64,000 nt of DNA from Dicyema japonicum (lineage: Eukaryota; Animalia; Dicyemida), in NCBI GenBank assembly GCA_011109175.1, contig RDEW01000021.1:982513-1046512 (forward strand). Direction: 5' to 3'. The translations under genes were made by a program, and so were the position numbers. How positions within the stretch are numbered: the stretch's first letter is position 1; every line of letters starts with the position of its first letter. The notes beneath the pieces are model-generated. The model ran no database searches and was not told the origin of the DNA. It saw only the letters and a program-made list of their open reading frames with translations. Shown here piece after piece: positions 35,795 through 49,812 of this stretch.

Positions 35795-38790
35795 CTTTTA
35801 CTATTTTCTTATTATTTAAAGCACTCCCGAGAAGTCATAAAATTAATCAAGCCTCCCTTGTGCCGTATTTCTAGCCATCCTCTCTATCAGCCTTTTCCAG
35901 GACCCTCTACTTCGTGCCAGTTCCCTTAAGGTATCTAGGTCGTCTGCGGAAGTGAGCTTCAGTCCCACAGCCGACAGGTCTCCATTCAAAATAGTTGGGA
36001 GTGTGACTCTTGGTCTTCCACGGAAACCGGCTCCCGTATGCATTAGGTAGTTTTCCATGGCGATATTCGCGGGTACTTGAGCATTTAGACGTAAGATATG
36101 TCCAAAGAGACTCCATCTTGATCTGAAGATCTCCTCGGATAGTATACCAGATTTGCACTTCGAGTAGAGGTCATTGTTTGAGATCTTCTTAGGCCACTTG
36201 ATCTTGATTACTGATTTCAATTGTGTCCTGTGGAAAGCGTCAAGACGGTCCATCTCTTGTTTAGAGATTCCCCAAGTGCCTGAATTGTAGGTCAGGACGG
36301 GGATGACAAAAGCCTTATATATTCTGAGTTTGGTGTTTAATCCCATCCTCTTCTTATGACCCCACATATTCGATACTTTCTTTAGTGCACACATTGCGAG
36401 GATTTTCCTCCGAGAAACATCTTCTGAGTCCCCGAGAAGCGAACCCACCTTCTTTTGCTTTCTCCAAGACTCGTCCGATCTTCGATCATTGCGTGTAAGT
36501 GTTGTGAACTCTGTTTTATCGGTGTTAACGGTTAAGAACCATTTCGAGAATACGTGTGGAAGAACGTTAAGCATGTGTTGAAGTACTTGAATATCCTCAG
36601 AAACAAAGTCCAGGTCGTCCGCGTAGATTATCTCGTTATAATTGTTGCCAACCAGGGGTCTGAACTCTCTTAGTGCGGCCTCAAGGTAGACAATAAAGAG
36701 GACCGGGGATAGTGAGTCCCCCTGTGGAACTCCACGTGAGGTCGAAAAAAAGTTAGAGGTAGAGTCACCAATTTTGACGGCAAGTTGAGTGTTCCGCATG
36801 AGTAAGTGTATTATTTTGACATCGTCAGGCAGTAGAAAACTCTCCAACACTTCCATAAGTTTTCCACGGTCCACCGAGTCGAACGCACGGGACATGTCGA
36901 TACCAAGTATCTCAATAGATTTTTTGTATTTTTGGCACAGGGCACAATACCACCTGTGCCCCCATACCACGTCAGCCGTGGACCTGCCCGTCCGGAATCC
37001 ACTTTGGCCGTCCGAAAGAAATATGTTCACCCTCTCCTTTATTCGGTTTAAAGCAATGAGGGATAATGTTTTTCGTATGGAGGTTAGGAGTATAATAGGT
37101 CTGAAGTTGTGAGGGGGCCTTTACTTTTTCCCGGTTTTTGTAGTGGAATTAGCCACCCTTTTCCCAGTTCCAGTTCATCTGCACCCTCGAGAGACCGGTT
37201 GAAAATGTTAGTAATCATTTCAATTAGCTCCTCCGGGCCGTATTGTAAAAGTTCTGCAGTAATGAAGTCTGGTCCGGCAGATCTTCCGGTATTTAATTTT
37301 TTAATAGCTTGTTGAGTTTCGGATATGGTAATAGGGCTAGTTAGAGTGTACTTGTAAGACTTCCGAGATTTCATTGCTTGGTCAGCCGCGTCCTGTTTGT
37401 TGAACATAAGGTCAAAATGGGATGCCAGAACGTTTGCTTTGTTAATGGTCCCGATAACGTCGTGACCAAGGTTGTCATGGACAGTTAACGAAATTGGACA
37501 GTTTTCTCTGCTAAGAAGCCGGATTGCTTTGAACATTCTTGGTCCGTTCTTGTACTTTAATATGTCTGAGATTTTCTCCTCAGCTTCATTTTTGGCAAGG
37601 AATCTTTGTATTTGTTTGATCTTCGTTAAGACTCTCCCTCTCTGGGTGCGCAGTACTTTGATATCTTCCGGAGCGTTTGTGTTTTCCATCCGGAGTCTGA
37701 GCTCTTTCTGTGTTACAGAGAGTTGTCCGATATCCGGATTACATTGTTTGTGACGAGATTTGGTGATGTGACCAAGCACACTAAAGGCTGTGTTTTGGAT
37801 AGCAACCACTATTTCATCCCATAAGCTGTTTGTCGGCTGATTTTGGTTAATACTGTTGATGCTATCTCTCAGAACTGCACTATAACGACATTTGGTGGAT
37901 TCTTCGTAGCGTAACCTCTCAGTGTCGAAACGTACTGAGGTAAGGCCTTTGTGTTTCCCGTGTATTCCATGGATTCTTTTAAGTACTAGCCGGGCGACCA
38001 CAAGTTTATGATCGCTACTTGTTTCAAGTCCACCGTAAGATCTCGAGTCCTGTAGGAGGGCCTTCTGATGTTGCTTGCAGATAATATAGTCGATCTGATT
38101 GTATATATTGACTGTGTTTCCAGATTTGCCTTTTCTGGTACCAACCCACGTGGTCCTGTGTCTTGCCGGGTGCTTGAAACAAGTGTTGCATATGAGTAGG
38201 TTGAATGCCGTGCAAAATTGTATTAATGCCTCTCCGGGGATGTTACGGCGGTTTCTACCGTGGGATCCAATACACGTTTCACCAGGTCTTGCTTTTCCGG
38301 CCCTGGCGTTCCAGTCCCCGGCGATAAAAAGAAAGTAAGAGGATGAAAGTGAGTTGTACACCACTTGTGAGAGTAGAGTAAAACGTATCCAGTTCTTCGA
38401 TATTCGTTGATACACGTGCTCCGGTTGGGGCATATACGTTTATGATGGAGATCACTGAGTTAGTTTGTTTCCGCATTTGATTTGTAACACCGCGACACGG
38501 TCAGATATTGCCCATACTCTTGAGACACAGTGAAACAAGTGCGATGAACAGCAAATCCGAGCCCATAGTGTCTGCAGTCTGGTGAGGGTCAAAAGGTAAA
38601 AATTCTGAAACAGTTCTGCAGATTGTTCGGTTATTTTCGTCTCTTGCAAACAACAGACAGAGATGTTGTATTTACTCAGATCACGCGCCAATTGTTGTTT
38701 CTTGTAGCACTGATTGAGGCCTCGGCAGTTGAGGGATCCAAGAGAGGGGAGAAACTGGTAAGCAATACGAAGAAGACATAGTGCAAGTAG
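35795..38790 (-). mobile_element. Full-length RTE-clade LINE (APE + RT), best-preserved copy, about 3 frameshifts
   Basis: GSLNCRGL, CLQETK, INVYAPT, GDWNA, NQIDY, GFRTGRST, IDMSRAFDSV, GVPQGDSLSP, YADD, RGRPR; ORFs of 449 and 395 aa. Confidence 0.95.
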
Positions 38791-38974
38791 AGGGACGTCA
38801 CCACCTCAACCAAAAAGGACGTCACCACCTCACTTAACCTTATATGACATTAAAAATACGTTTATGTTCTATTAAAATATATACCATTTTTAAATATTTT
38901 ATAATTACATCTAATTTTGCTACTAATAAAATTAATATTTGAATTTTGTCTTATAGTAATAAAATTTGCGATCA

Positions 38975-39069
38975 AGAAGGAGTTGAAGTCGACCATTTTA
39001 TCACTGACTCCGACTCCAACTATACAAAAACCCCTCGACTCCGACTCCAACTCCGACTCCACAGCCCTG
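38975..39069. repeat. MITE end with (GACTCC)n subterminal repeats
   Basis: gactccgactccaactccgactccacagccctg; reverse complement begins cagggctgtggagtcggag. Confidence 0.6.
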
Positions 39070-39466
39070 CTCATAACCATGGCCTGTCAATTTGATACCA
39101 TTTACAGAAATCCACTCTTTTCTCTGGTGGTCTCATTTTGATTAAGCGACCCACCACAATGTCGTATACTGTACAACAATTCTTTGTGCGGCCAACACGT
39201 TTGATATGCCTGGAGTAAGATGTATTAGAGAAGGAGTTATTTTGAATTAGAGAATGAGTATTTTGAATTAGAAAATGAGTTAGGGTGAATTAGAGCATCG
39301 GTTGTTTCTATACATTCATAAAGTTTATTTTATTGACAGAATACGATGTTAGAACTATAATTAAATTGACTTGTAATTTTTATCCATAAATTCTCTTTTT
39401 ATTTTCGATATTTATATTTATCATTGATCATTGTGATTCATTTGGTTTCATTAATATATATATTTT

Positions 39467-39766
39467 GCCGCGTGACGCCATGTGGTGCTGCTTGGTTAAT
39501 TGGTTTAATTTTTCTGCTTGCTTGTCTGTTCCTCTCTCTCTTCCTAATAGAGTGGCGTCATGTGATCCACCTGGCTAGGTGACGCCCAGTGCCAGGATCA
39601 TTTGCTCTCCTCCACTCCACTGGAGGGGTTTCCACAACTGCATGTAATGGACGTCTTACCCTTTATGCTGATTCCGGATGGACTCTGTTCCTGTAGAAGT
39701 GGAAACTGGATACACTTAATTAGTTGTTTACTTAACTTTTTTTTCGGTGTATCCGGGGTTAATAAA
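39467..39766 (+). mobile_element. SINE subfamily A, full-length copy with a deletion in the core
   Basis: Similar to 13331-13650 and 55283-55600; hairpin 39708-39715 / 39747-39754. Confidence 0.85.
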
Positions 39767-40916
39767 TTAATGACTCCTGCAACCATATGTTTTGGAATAA
39801 GTTTGACTTATCAGCCCGGACACGAAGATGGCCCCGGGTTCTCATACTATACAGATCACAATGTTTTTACAACAAGAGAACAACAATCAAAGTCAACATG
39901 GCTTGAAATGTTAAACGCATAAACGTCCTCTTCCTTCCGAAGAATTCTATGACAACATCTAAACTGAACTACGTACTTCGTGGTGATTGCAGATTGGTCA
40001 AGAAGGGGAAGGAAGAATTGAGTAGAAGTTTGTTAGATTGACAATTTTCCTTCTTAGAGAATTTATGGTATCGTAGCTAAGACTGAGATTCCATAAAGTA
40101 TGCACCACCATATTCTAAATTTTTGTCTAACTTTCCTTCAATGATCAGGAAGTTTAGTGGTTTAAAAATATCAGTAGAAATATTCCATGGGTTCACACAA
40201 AAAGGATCTACTACTCCAGCTAATTTAGTTGCGTCTCCTGCTCAAATATAAACTTCAAAAAACTCAAAATGTGGGCTTGTTATTGATTACTTGTTTTAAC
40301 CCACATGCAGCTGTAGACCTCCTACAATGAGAGTCTTGTATTCTAGTACTGGAAACCGCTTATGCACGTGAAACCTAGAATTCTTTAATGACTTAAAAAA
40401 TCCTGTGCACCCACAATAACCTAACCGAAACTAGAAATCAGACAATTGTTTCTACGGTCATCGACATCAGTCATATACAATAGAAAATTCCTCCTCTATC
40501 TCCACCATGACGAAAATGATCCATGATGTTGTATCAACTAGAGTTATTCGTTGACGGAAGTCATCCAAAAACAATAGATGATTTGGAAGAAACCCTCACT
40601 AGAGATTCTAAAAGAATCCTATCGCAAATTCACTCAGGAAATTTCAGCTCCTAGGATAGATCTGAGTATTGGTTTTCCTCAAAGTTTGGTGATATTGTCA
40701 ATCAAATTCTTTCCTGATCACCAATGACTCTAAGAGATTTGTGGAAGCACTCTCAGCGTAACAGTTAATGACAATCGACCTACATGCTAGTGAGGTCGGG
40801 TAACTAACTCAATATGGATTACTGTTTTAATCAAAAACCATCATATGTGGGACAGATTACCAAAATTTAGCCCCAATCTGATTTTAATTTAAAGTTCTCG
40901 GATAACTAACATTTTA

Positions 40917-41400
40917 TTAACTCAGACAGACAAGAAGTTCCCCAACTTCAAAGGGGAAGATGGTCATCTTATCTGGTCGTTTCCCGTCACGTCTGCAAAG
41001 ACCGATTGGTTCGAGCATGGAGGGGTGTCTGGCGATGTCCAAAGCTAGCCTAACGACTTCGTTCAAGGCTATATGTCTGTGAGATCTGCCTGCATTCTTC
41101 CTGCAGAAGGTGTAGGGCAAAACGGTCAATCTGATCTCCGCATCGCTACAGGTGCGCACTCTGACTTTTAATTTCAGTCATAATGAGATTTTTATACGGA
41201 CGCATTTATCATCCAGAAAAATACCCAAAACTCAATTGAGCAAGGCACCACTCTCGGATAACGCCTCAGACAATAAACAGGCATGGCGATGTTGGTTAGA
41301 TGACACTAGCAGATTTTCAAAAGACTTCCGTAATACAGCATCGTTCAGACCCTACAGAGAGAACATAGAAAATAGGGAAAACTGAAGGTACTGCTCCAGA
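40917..41400 (-). mobile_element. CRE-like retrotransposon fragment
   Basis: LDDKCVRI...GRSHRHIALNEVV...EPIGLCRRDGKRPDKMTIFPF. Confidence 0.75.
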
Positions 41401-41627
41401 CCTCACGAGCATGACCGGGTCAGTAGAGAAGGGAGTGATTGTATCCTCTTGACAAGGTTAATATAGTATAAATTTGTAATATCAGACTTAACAGACCTAA
41501 AACCACAAACTATAATTGGTGAGAGTCCAATCCTTGACTTTCTTTGTTCAAAAATTAATGTAAAAATTCAAGCCACAGATTGACGCAATAAATACTAAAA
41601 TAAATTTAGCACAATTATTAATACAAA

Positions 41628-43072
41628 ATGGAAAGGTAGTCTTCATTTGCAATTAAAGAATCTTTTTATAGTTCTTGGAATTGTCCTACTTATCACGTGG
41701 AACATCACCATCAACATAGCCACATAGGTATTATAAATAGCACATTACTAGTACTACATAGAATACATACTCAACTCAGACACTCACCCTAAAGTGATTG
41801 CCCTGCGAAGTTCATTCTTTAATTACATTGTGATCATCTCCCAAGTCATGATGTTCGTTATCGTTGTCGGCAGTTATTTCTACCGTTCCAAAAAGTAACA
41901 GATTAAACTAAAGACAGGAGAGAAGAAGTACATCATATCACCGTGACTGTAATAGCCTTATTCATTGGTATATTAACCATCCTTGCTTTGGCTGATACCA
42001 CCAAATGTATTTTTATTTTGCCATATTTTAAGGGAAAATAAGTTAATTTATCTTCACTACTTAATGATGTCTGCTATGGAAGTCTACGTACATAAATGTA
42101 TTTTAGTGGCTTCTGGATGATGGAAGTATCTCTATTCGCCATGACTGAAGCATTTCAGGGGAAAGATAACTCTTCCCTTCATTGCTTACAGGAATGGTAG
42201 TTACAAGTACTTTATTGGTGGAATTTATGTCGAGTAAAACCCACTTTGTTTTTTCTGTTGCTGATAGTGGGTGAGTTTTTATTTTTAGTAAATATTTAAA
42301 ATTGGCACGTGGAGACTGGCTGCCATTTACTATCCAGTTGCTGGCCTATTATGTCTATTGGGACTGTATTTGCGTAAAAAGATAATGTCTCTGGTGGTCA
42401 TTAAAGTAATTTAGCTAAATCTCAGATGAGATTAAAATTATATTGAATGTAAAAGTCGTTGAAGACCTCAAGAGACTGATCATTGCCTTTAAAATGTATT
42501 TTACTATAAAAATAGTATTCCACATATTGTTTCGTGGTCACTTTGTCCCCCAACAGTTATGAGGAGTTCTGCTCCACAAAATCCCAATATCCACCTCACT
42601 GGTATTTTGTTGTAGTAATATTAGATGATTGGTATGGAATAATATGCTCATTCATTATCTTCAACATTTTAGCCTTCGTTGTGTCTCCTATTCCTTCATA
42701 TATTAGATTTGTAATATTATTGATAATCTTAGCCATCCCGTAAATATGCATTTATTCCTGCAGTACTAAGGATTGCTTTCATTCCCATTTTTATATACGC
42801 AAACAGTTTATCAACAATTCGTGTTTTACCAGTTAATCCCTGACTGGTTTTTTTATTTTTTGCACAATCATATTCTCCATCACTCACGGTTACTACTGCA
42901 GTCTAATCGCAACCTATGCCCTGAGTACTTTTGAACCAAATTAACATAGATATGCACCAGGTTATGAAAGGGAGGCAGGATTCTTGACTTGTATCTTCAC
43001 TTCGGCCGGACTTGTTAGCAGGAGTTTGTCAGCAAACTGATCAACTACATAATCACAAATCAGTGATACCTT
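41628..43072 (+). pseudogene. Equilibrative nucleoside transporter (ENT/SLC29 family), multi-intron, with a stop and frameshifts
   Basis: LGIVLLITWNITINIAT*, FFNY, FVVTL, FIIFN, LRIAFIPI...N, ITHGYYCSL, EAGFL...GLV follow the ENT motif order; exon boundaries partly uncertain. Confidence 0.75.
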
Positions 43073-43184
43073 AACCTTTTCTAATTGCTGAGTTATATCA
43101 CAGATTTGTTAGTCTTCCTTATTGAAATTTAATAATTTGTTGCAAAGTACCACAAATATTTATGATTTTTTATTATAGTGGGAT

Positions 43185-43900
43185 AAGCTGTGGTCCACTT
43201 TAAAAGAATTTGGATTCGATTCCCATCTGATATTGCTTATCAAATCTCTTTATAAGGATCAAGAGCTATCGTTAGAACAGTGTATGGAGATACCGATTGG
43301 TTTCAAAATTGGTAAAGGAGTAAGACAAGGATGCTTATTATCTCCCATCCTATTCAATATTTATGCCGAAATGATCTGACTAAATTGGATACTGTATCAA
43401 ATACCGGGATTAAAATTTGAGGCAGAAACATCAATATTTGCGCTATGTTGACAATACAACCTTACTGGCTGAAACAGAGGATGACCTCAGGGAGTTGATT
43501 CTAAGATTCAGAGAAGAGAGAAAATGAGGATACACGGAAAATCGCATCTTTTGAACTTTGGTTCTGGAGGAGGTTACTAAGAATCCTTGGACTTCTAAAT
43601 AACGAATATCGATGTACTCAAACGGATGGAGACGGACATTTCGCTAGAAGGAAGAATCGTAAAACATAAATTGGCGTTCTTTGGCCATGTTGTCCGCTCT
43701 GATTACCTGGAAAGAACCATTATATTACTGGAAGAGAAGATCTGGTCGACCGAGGATTCGGTGGCTATCCACGGTAGAAGACGTCACGGAATGCCTACAT
43801 CAAAGCTACTCAAAATTGCGACGGATCGGGGAGAGTGGAGAAAATTGGCTCATGAGATCTCCAAGAATCTGACACGATGTAATTTGGATAACATAACATT
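43185..43900 (+). mobile_element. RTE/BovB-like LINE fragment
   Basis: LYKDQ..VRTVYGDTDW...GKGVRQGCLLSPILFNIYAE, FFGHVVRS, WRKL. Confidence 0.8.
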
Positions 43901-44730
43901 ATAGTGGGGTCTTAAATTATGATATTATTTATTCATACAACCACAGTTATTACAGATTTTCCTATGCTTTTGGGATTAAAGATTGTTCGGCATAAGAGAT
44001 TGTAAAGTTATTTCCCAATCAACAAATAATTATGAAGACTTATCATTTCAATAATATTTTTTTTTTCACTTAATAGAAATACTAAATAAATGATGAGAAA
44101 AACCTATAAAATCACAACATGGTCAATCATTTCTATATGAAATTAAACAATTAGGTTTTTATCAAACTTCCACAAATTTATTCAGTTCACCCAGTACGAG
44201 TGGGATGTATCCTTTTAATGAATCACTTCTTTTCCAACTATCCACCATAATGGGAATCCCTCCATTGCAGTAGGGATCCTTTTTAGATGACGATCAGGCA
44301 TTGGGGGTCTCAGAGCCGAACGGAAACCTTCAACATAAGTAACGGTGTGAAATTTGATCTAGTGGTTTATGAATGATGCCTTATCTATTGTGACCGCTTT
44401 TTTTGCAATTACAGATCTAAATGTAGCGTGATTATCCTATAAACTTGTAGAACTTTTAGTAATGCAGAATTTCATAATATCGGTTGATTTTAAAAAGCTT
44501 TTGGACAGCAACTGTTATCGAAGCATATTAAGCATATAGGTTTTCCATTATCCTCAATAAAGAAATCGTCATTATAAAATTTGTTCACGGGCCATTTTTA
44601 ATTCTCCGCGTGACGCCATTTGCCGACCACTAGCATAGAAGATAAATTTAATGTAAAATAATTCTATTAGTTTTTTAATTATATTTTTTAAAATTATTAT
44701 TTTAATATAAAATCTGTAATTTTTAACCAA

Positions 44731-47118
44731 ATGCAAATTCCTTCTTTGTATGCACTTTGCATTAATGATTTTCGAAAAAACATTAATATGAATAAATATG
44801 GTGGATTAAGCTCAAAATCGAAGACGAGATGATTGCAAAAGAATACATTATGAAATTGAATATTTGAAAGAACACAATTCACTGAAAATATTATCAGTTT
44901 TCAATGATTTCTCAACACTAAGTAAACTCACAGAAGTATGTTATAACATTTTCCGCCTTGATTTGTCGACTAATCAAATCGACATTAAAGATTTAGCAAA
45001 TTTGTGCCAAAATCTACCAAATTTAACGAATATCAAATTAGCTAAAATAGCATCTTCTGAGAATTCGCCATATCTTCAGTATTCTCCAAATAATATCAAT
45101 TCTTTCACACTTTTGGAATATGATGACCCAGTTTTACTTCATTTGCTATTTAAAAGTGGATTTAGCGAAATTAGGTCACTTGAACTTTTATCAGATTCTC
45201 TTCTTGAAAGAAGTACTCCAACTAAAATTTATTGCTGCACAGTCAAGCTGATCAGAAAACTCGAAAGTATTAATTTTGACAATGTTCTGATATCCAATTT
45301 CGAAGAATTTTCCAAAAGTCTTGCCAGTCCCAGATCTCTAAAGTTTCTATTTTGTTAGATTAAGATATTTTTCGTACACAAACAGTAAAAATGTGCATAA
45401 ATTAAGCTGTGATTTTAGACCGTTGTTAAAATTAGCCAAGAATTTAAAATTCTTGGATTTGTCTGGATTCTTGATTGATTATGAATTATTAAAACCGTAT
45501 TTTAATGATAGATTTTTAGAGAACTGTCCTTAAAAAAATTAACGAATTTTGCTTTCAAAAAATTTCGCAATTTGTCAAAACTAATGTCAATGTTATATTA
45601 TTAATTGTAGATAAAATCAAACTTACTGGTGGATAATTTGGTTAATGCAATTTTTCACTTTGAGTATAAGACGGGCTGCTTTTTTACTTTAATTTATATT
45701 AATGATTGCGACTCTGAAATTCGGCCTTCGATTTATAAAAGATTTTTGAGGGTATTTGAAATTATAATATTAAAGTTTATCTGCCGCTTGTTGAAAACAT
45801 CACGAAATACTAAGCTTATTCAACACATTATGTAATCGTGTGCGTTGATTTGATAGGTGTTGCTTAAAACCCATGAATGGAGTGCCCATATCTGAATCTT
45901 ATCGATGGTTTGAGTTCATGTTAACTTAGCCGTATTTATGAAGCTGTCCTTGTTATTCTAGAAGAATATTGTTCTCATAATAAGGTAGTTTCATTTTTAT
46001 TTATTTCAGTTTAGAAAATTATTATACACCGTTTTGGAATGGATAAAACCATGGGAGTTATCAAATTTTGTATTTTGTTTGTTTATTTTAGTTATTTTCT
46101 TTTTCGTTTATTACTCAAACATTCATGAAAGATGTTTACTCATACATTGAACTATATATGGATGATGTTGATTTCATGTACCACACAATGAAGAGTCAAA
46201 GTATAGAAGTTTTGTCTTATTTTGGATATAACGAAATAATCAAGGTTATTGGTTAATTTTGAATTTAGTCAAATGTGAATAATTTTGAAAAATACAAGCA
46301 ACTAAAAGATTATCATTATTTTAATATGTCATGGAGAATTTTGTGGTATCTTGTAGGTGATTTTTTACCCTATTTTTTAGATGCAAGCGAAAAAAATGCA
46401 ACTTTGTTTGTTGATTTGGGAGGGATTGATATTATTAGCGACTCCTTTGATCAATTTCATGAACATGATAATGTTCTATATGACGACTTTATATATCCAA
46501 TTTTTAATGTTTTTGAAAATCTAACTAAATTTGGAAAAATTCGACCTTTGGTTAGGAAGAGTAGACTAATTAATTGTGTATTGTATGTTTTGTGTAATTT
46601 TGATAGGGAAAATGTCTACTACGAACATTGCCCGGATATATTTGCTGCCATCTGCAATGGTCTATCAAACATAATGAGTGACTTCACTAATGACATGGAG
46701 ATTTGAGATATTTTTGATACTGAAAATAAAAACATGTCTGAAAATTCTTAATGCAATTGCTTTCTGTTCAAATGATAATATGGAATATGAACTCTATGAC
46801 GGATATTATCGGTTAGATATCATTTATACAAAAGATCGATTGATTCACTCGTAAATTTATTAAATGAGGACTTGGACCAAAGACTATGGCTTTGGGCCAT
46901 TTGGGAATTTTCTCAAATGATTTCTTACAAGCGTAATATTTGTTGATTCAGTAGCACAAATATTTATCCCAATGATGATTCCTAAAAATGTCTTCAGCAA
47001 AATTGAGACTCTGTCTTCACTCTCTAATATCAAGGATCTACAAGAATATGCCAAAACGTTTGAAGAATCTTATAATGTATGTTTTATATGATTTTAGAAA
47101 TATCTTTCGAATCATTAA
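44731..47118 (+). pseudogene. ZYG11/ZER1-like (BC/VHL box-LRR-ARM) gene, copy 1, frameshifted
   Basis: N-terminal IPSLYALCIN box, LRR-like region, SWRILWYLV|DASEKN..LFVDLGG, AICNGLSNIMSD, WLWAIWEF resemble ZER1; 24-nt intron 46357-46380 and 21-nt intron 47077-47097. Confidence 0.7.
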
Positions 47119-47479
47119 TATTAATGATATTTTCTTTATTTAATAGTTTTGTTATTAATGATAATTTCTTTATATAACTTAAAAGTTTTTAATGACGTTA
47201 GGTTTAAGTTATTTTTAATATATCATGTCACAGGGACTACCGATCACCAATATTGCCTGTGACTTATTATCATCAAAAAATAAACAAAAATTTTAAAATC
47301 AATATTTATTAACTAAATGAATGTTGTCAAGTGGCCTGCAGAGGTATAATATGTGACATGCTGTACTGGTTACCAACACCTGCTATATGTAACCTGACAG
47401 CTGACATAGTTATCCTATATTTCGTACATGTTACGAAATAGGTACTACCAAGTCCGCCAGTTGGTCATGACTGTTCATC

Positions 47480-48145
47480 CCGGTACCCCCTTTCCTTGTT
47501 AGCCATCCATATTCTGGTCTAGGCTGTTTTGCATCCTATTTTATCTCCAGGACGTTGTAATTACAAAGCCAGGAAGCCCTTTTCCAGTAAGTTCTCCTTT
47601 TGTAGGTCCTTTCCCCAGTTTGTTATTTCACGGTGGTCCCAAACCATCCTGCAGGGACCGATGATGTGGTTAACAAAGTCCCGTGTAGATTCCAATTCGA
47701 ATGTAGGGAACAATTGGTGTGGGTACCAACTCCAGTATGACTTCCACAGTAGTCCCAGGTCCTGTAGGGATCAATGGCCTGGATAACAAAGTCCCGTGTA
47801 GATCCGGATACGAATGTAGGGATCAATTGGTGTGGGTACGAGGTCCAACTTGTAAATATCCGGAGATTTTGATCTTTTGGCTACTGTGTCCCTTAAAAAG
47901 TTCTTTCGTTTTTGTAGATTATGCCCATTCGGCCCGTAGTATGTTTCTCCACCTTGTAATATGTTCCTCGTCTTGTAGAATAAGTTCATTCGACTTGTAA
48001 TACGTCTCTTCGCTTTGAGGAGAATTTCTTGCAGTGCAATAGGTTCCTTCGTCTTGTAGTATGGCCCTTGTAATGTTGATCTTGGCCTTGAAACATTTTC
48101 GACTTGAGAACATGAAAGTAGCACCAGTGGCACCACCTCCATCAA
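47480..48145 (-). mobile_element. LINE 5' remnant (ORF1/APE-like) with internal 113-bp-period repeat
   Basis: Direct repeats 47648-47740 and 47761-47845; weak APE-like traces. Confidence 0.35.
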
Positions 48146-48159
48146 ATTATTTGTAACTA

Positions 48160-48480
48160 TGGAACAACTTGACTCTTTTCACAGAGGCCAACTTAGAAAA
48201 CTCCGTGGATACTCTTGGGCAAAGAAAAATCAAACAATAAATTGACCAATAAGTCTAAACGTACTTTAGCACGCTGATGCATTTTTGGGCATATTATACG
48301 GATAGATGAACAGACACCATGCAATGCTGCCATGGAAGAATTTTTTCGGCTATACCGTATCTCCCGCATTCAGAGTATTTCAAGAAGTTGTCTTCCAAGG
48401 CACTCGCGGAGGATTATCCAATGATCGGAGGCAATTGCTGGATGGGGATGATCTTATGGAAGAAACTGCTTTACAGGTTT
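48160..48480 (+). mobile_element. RTE 3' fragment
   Basis: LDSFHRGQLRKL, FLGHIIR, TPCNAAMEEFF. Confidence 0.6.
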
Positions 48481-49657
48481 TATTTTTATTCATATAGATC
48501 TGAAAATTTTTTTTGATTGATGAAACTGATATCCGAAGACAGAAATATGTCAATACACTTATTGGAAAAATTTCTGATCCTAAAAAAATATTTTTTATAT
48601 CTCGTCGTCATTGTCTTCTGCGGCTAACTCTTCGATTATCTGTCAGATTATTGACGATGTTCTAAGGTATTTTGTGATGGATCGCGAAGACGCTGTAGAA
48701 AATATTTAGAAATTACATTTAGGGGAAGACTTATGTGAAATCAGGAAATACTTGAATCAAGAAAGTATATTAATCAAGTACTTTCTATCACAAAAAAAAG
48801 AAAAAAAACAAATTTCTCCATATGCATAAAACTATCTTAAAAAGTGTCCTTCCACATCATAAGTTGAGAGAAGTTTTTCTTTATTAAAAAAATTACTATC
48901 TAAATTTTAAACCCGAAGTTGTTTGAATTATTTATTTTGTATTTTAATAAAAAATTTGATTAGTTTTTTAATATTAAAAAAATTTCTTTGCAGATATATT
49001 TATCATAAAGTCAAAAAAGGTCAAAATTTCCGATATATAAAGTCAAAATAAAAATCTTCCAATTTATTAGAGAAGGGAGATTTGTCTGTAAGACAAAGGA
49101 TCAGAGAAATCTATCTTGACATGAAGACAAGAATAATAATCGATTTTTTCTAAACGTAGAATGAATTTATTTGACATTGTGGACTTTGTTTATTCCAAAG
49201 TGTTTCAAGTGGGAAATAAACGGGCCTTTGGGTACTGAGTAATTGACGTTTTTTATTTGTAATTTATCATTGAGATAGAAATTGTATGTAAGTTATCCCG
49301 TGTTAGTGTACACCAGCTGTATGTCATCCCAATGCAAAGATAGAAGCAAAGAACATTGGAAGAAGAGTTGGTTCCGTAGAGACGATACATTTTTGATTTC
49401 TACGTTCCAGCTAACGATCTATCTTCTACGCATAAAAAACTGGAGAAATAAAAAAATATTAATAGAAGATATATTTAACTACAGAGATAATTTGAATTGG
49501 AGACAGTTTTGCTGCACTGTAGAGATATAGAAAATTAGACCATTTTTTTATCTTGAAGAGCCAACCACGCGCACATTATTCAGTTTGAGGTTTTGAATAT
49601 GGATTTGATTTCAAAAAGATGCTAATATAATCTTATTTATGTCTACTTGAAAAGTTT

Positions 49658-49812
49658 CCGGCTAGCGCAGTGTGAAGTTGTCGGGCAGAGGCATGAAGGG
49701 TGCTAGTTAGAATCTCGATACTGCACATTTCGGTTGGAGGTTCCATGCATCAATATGCTATATGCTTGACGAGTCGCCCTCATCAATGAACTTCACTGCA
49801 GAACCGGATCGT
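49658..49812 (+). mobile_element. tRNA-derived SINE (family E), degraded copy
   Basis: Aligns by eye to the reverse complement of 60385-60544. Confidence 0.6.

Noticed and set aside
41690-41740. cacgtgg...tagccacatag as another SINE head
   Set aside because: It is ENT coding sequence (LITWNITINIAT), and the motif order does not match the SINE head.
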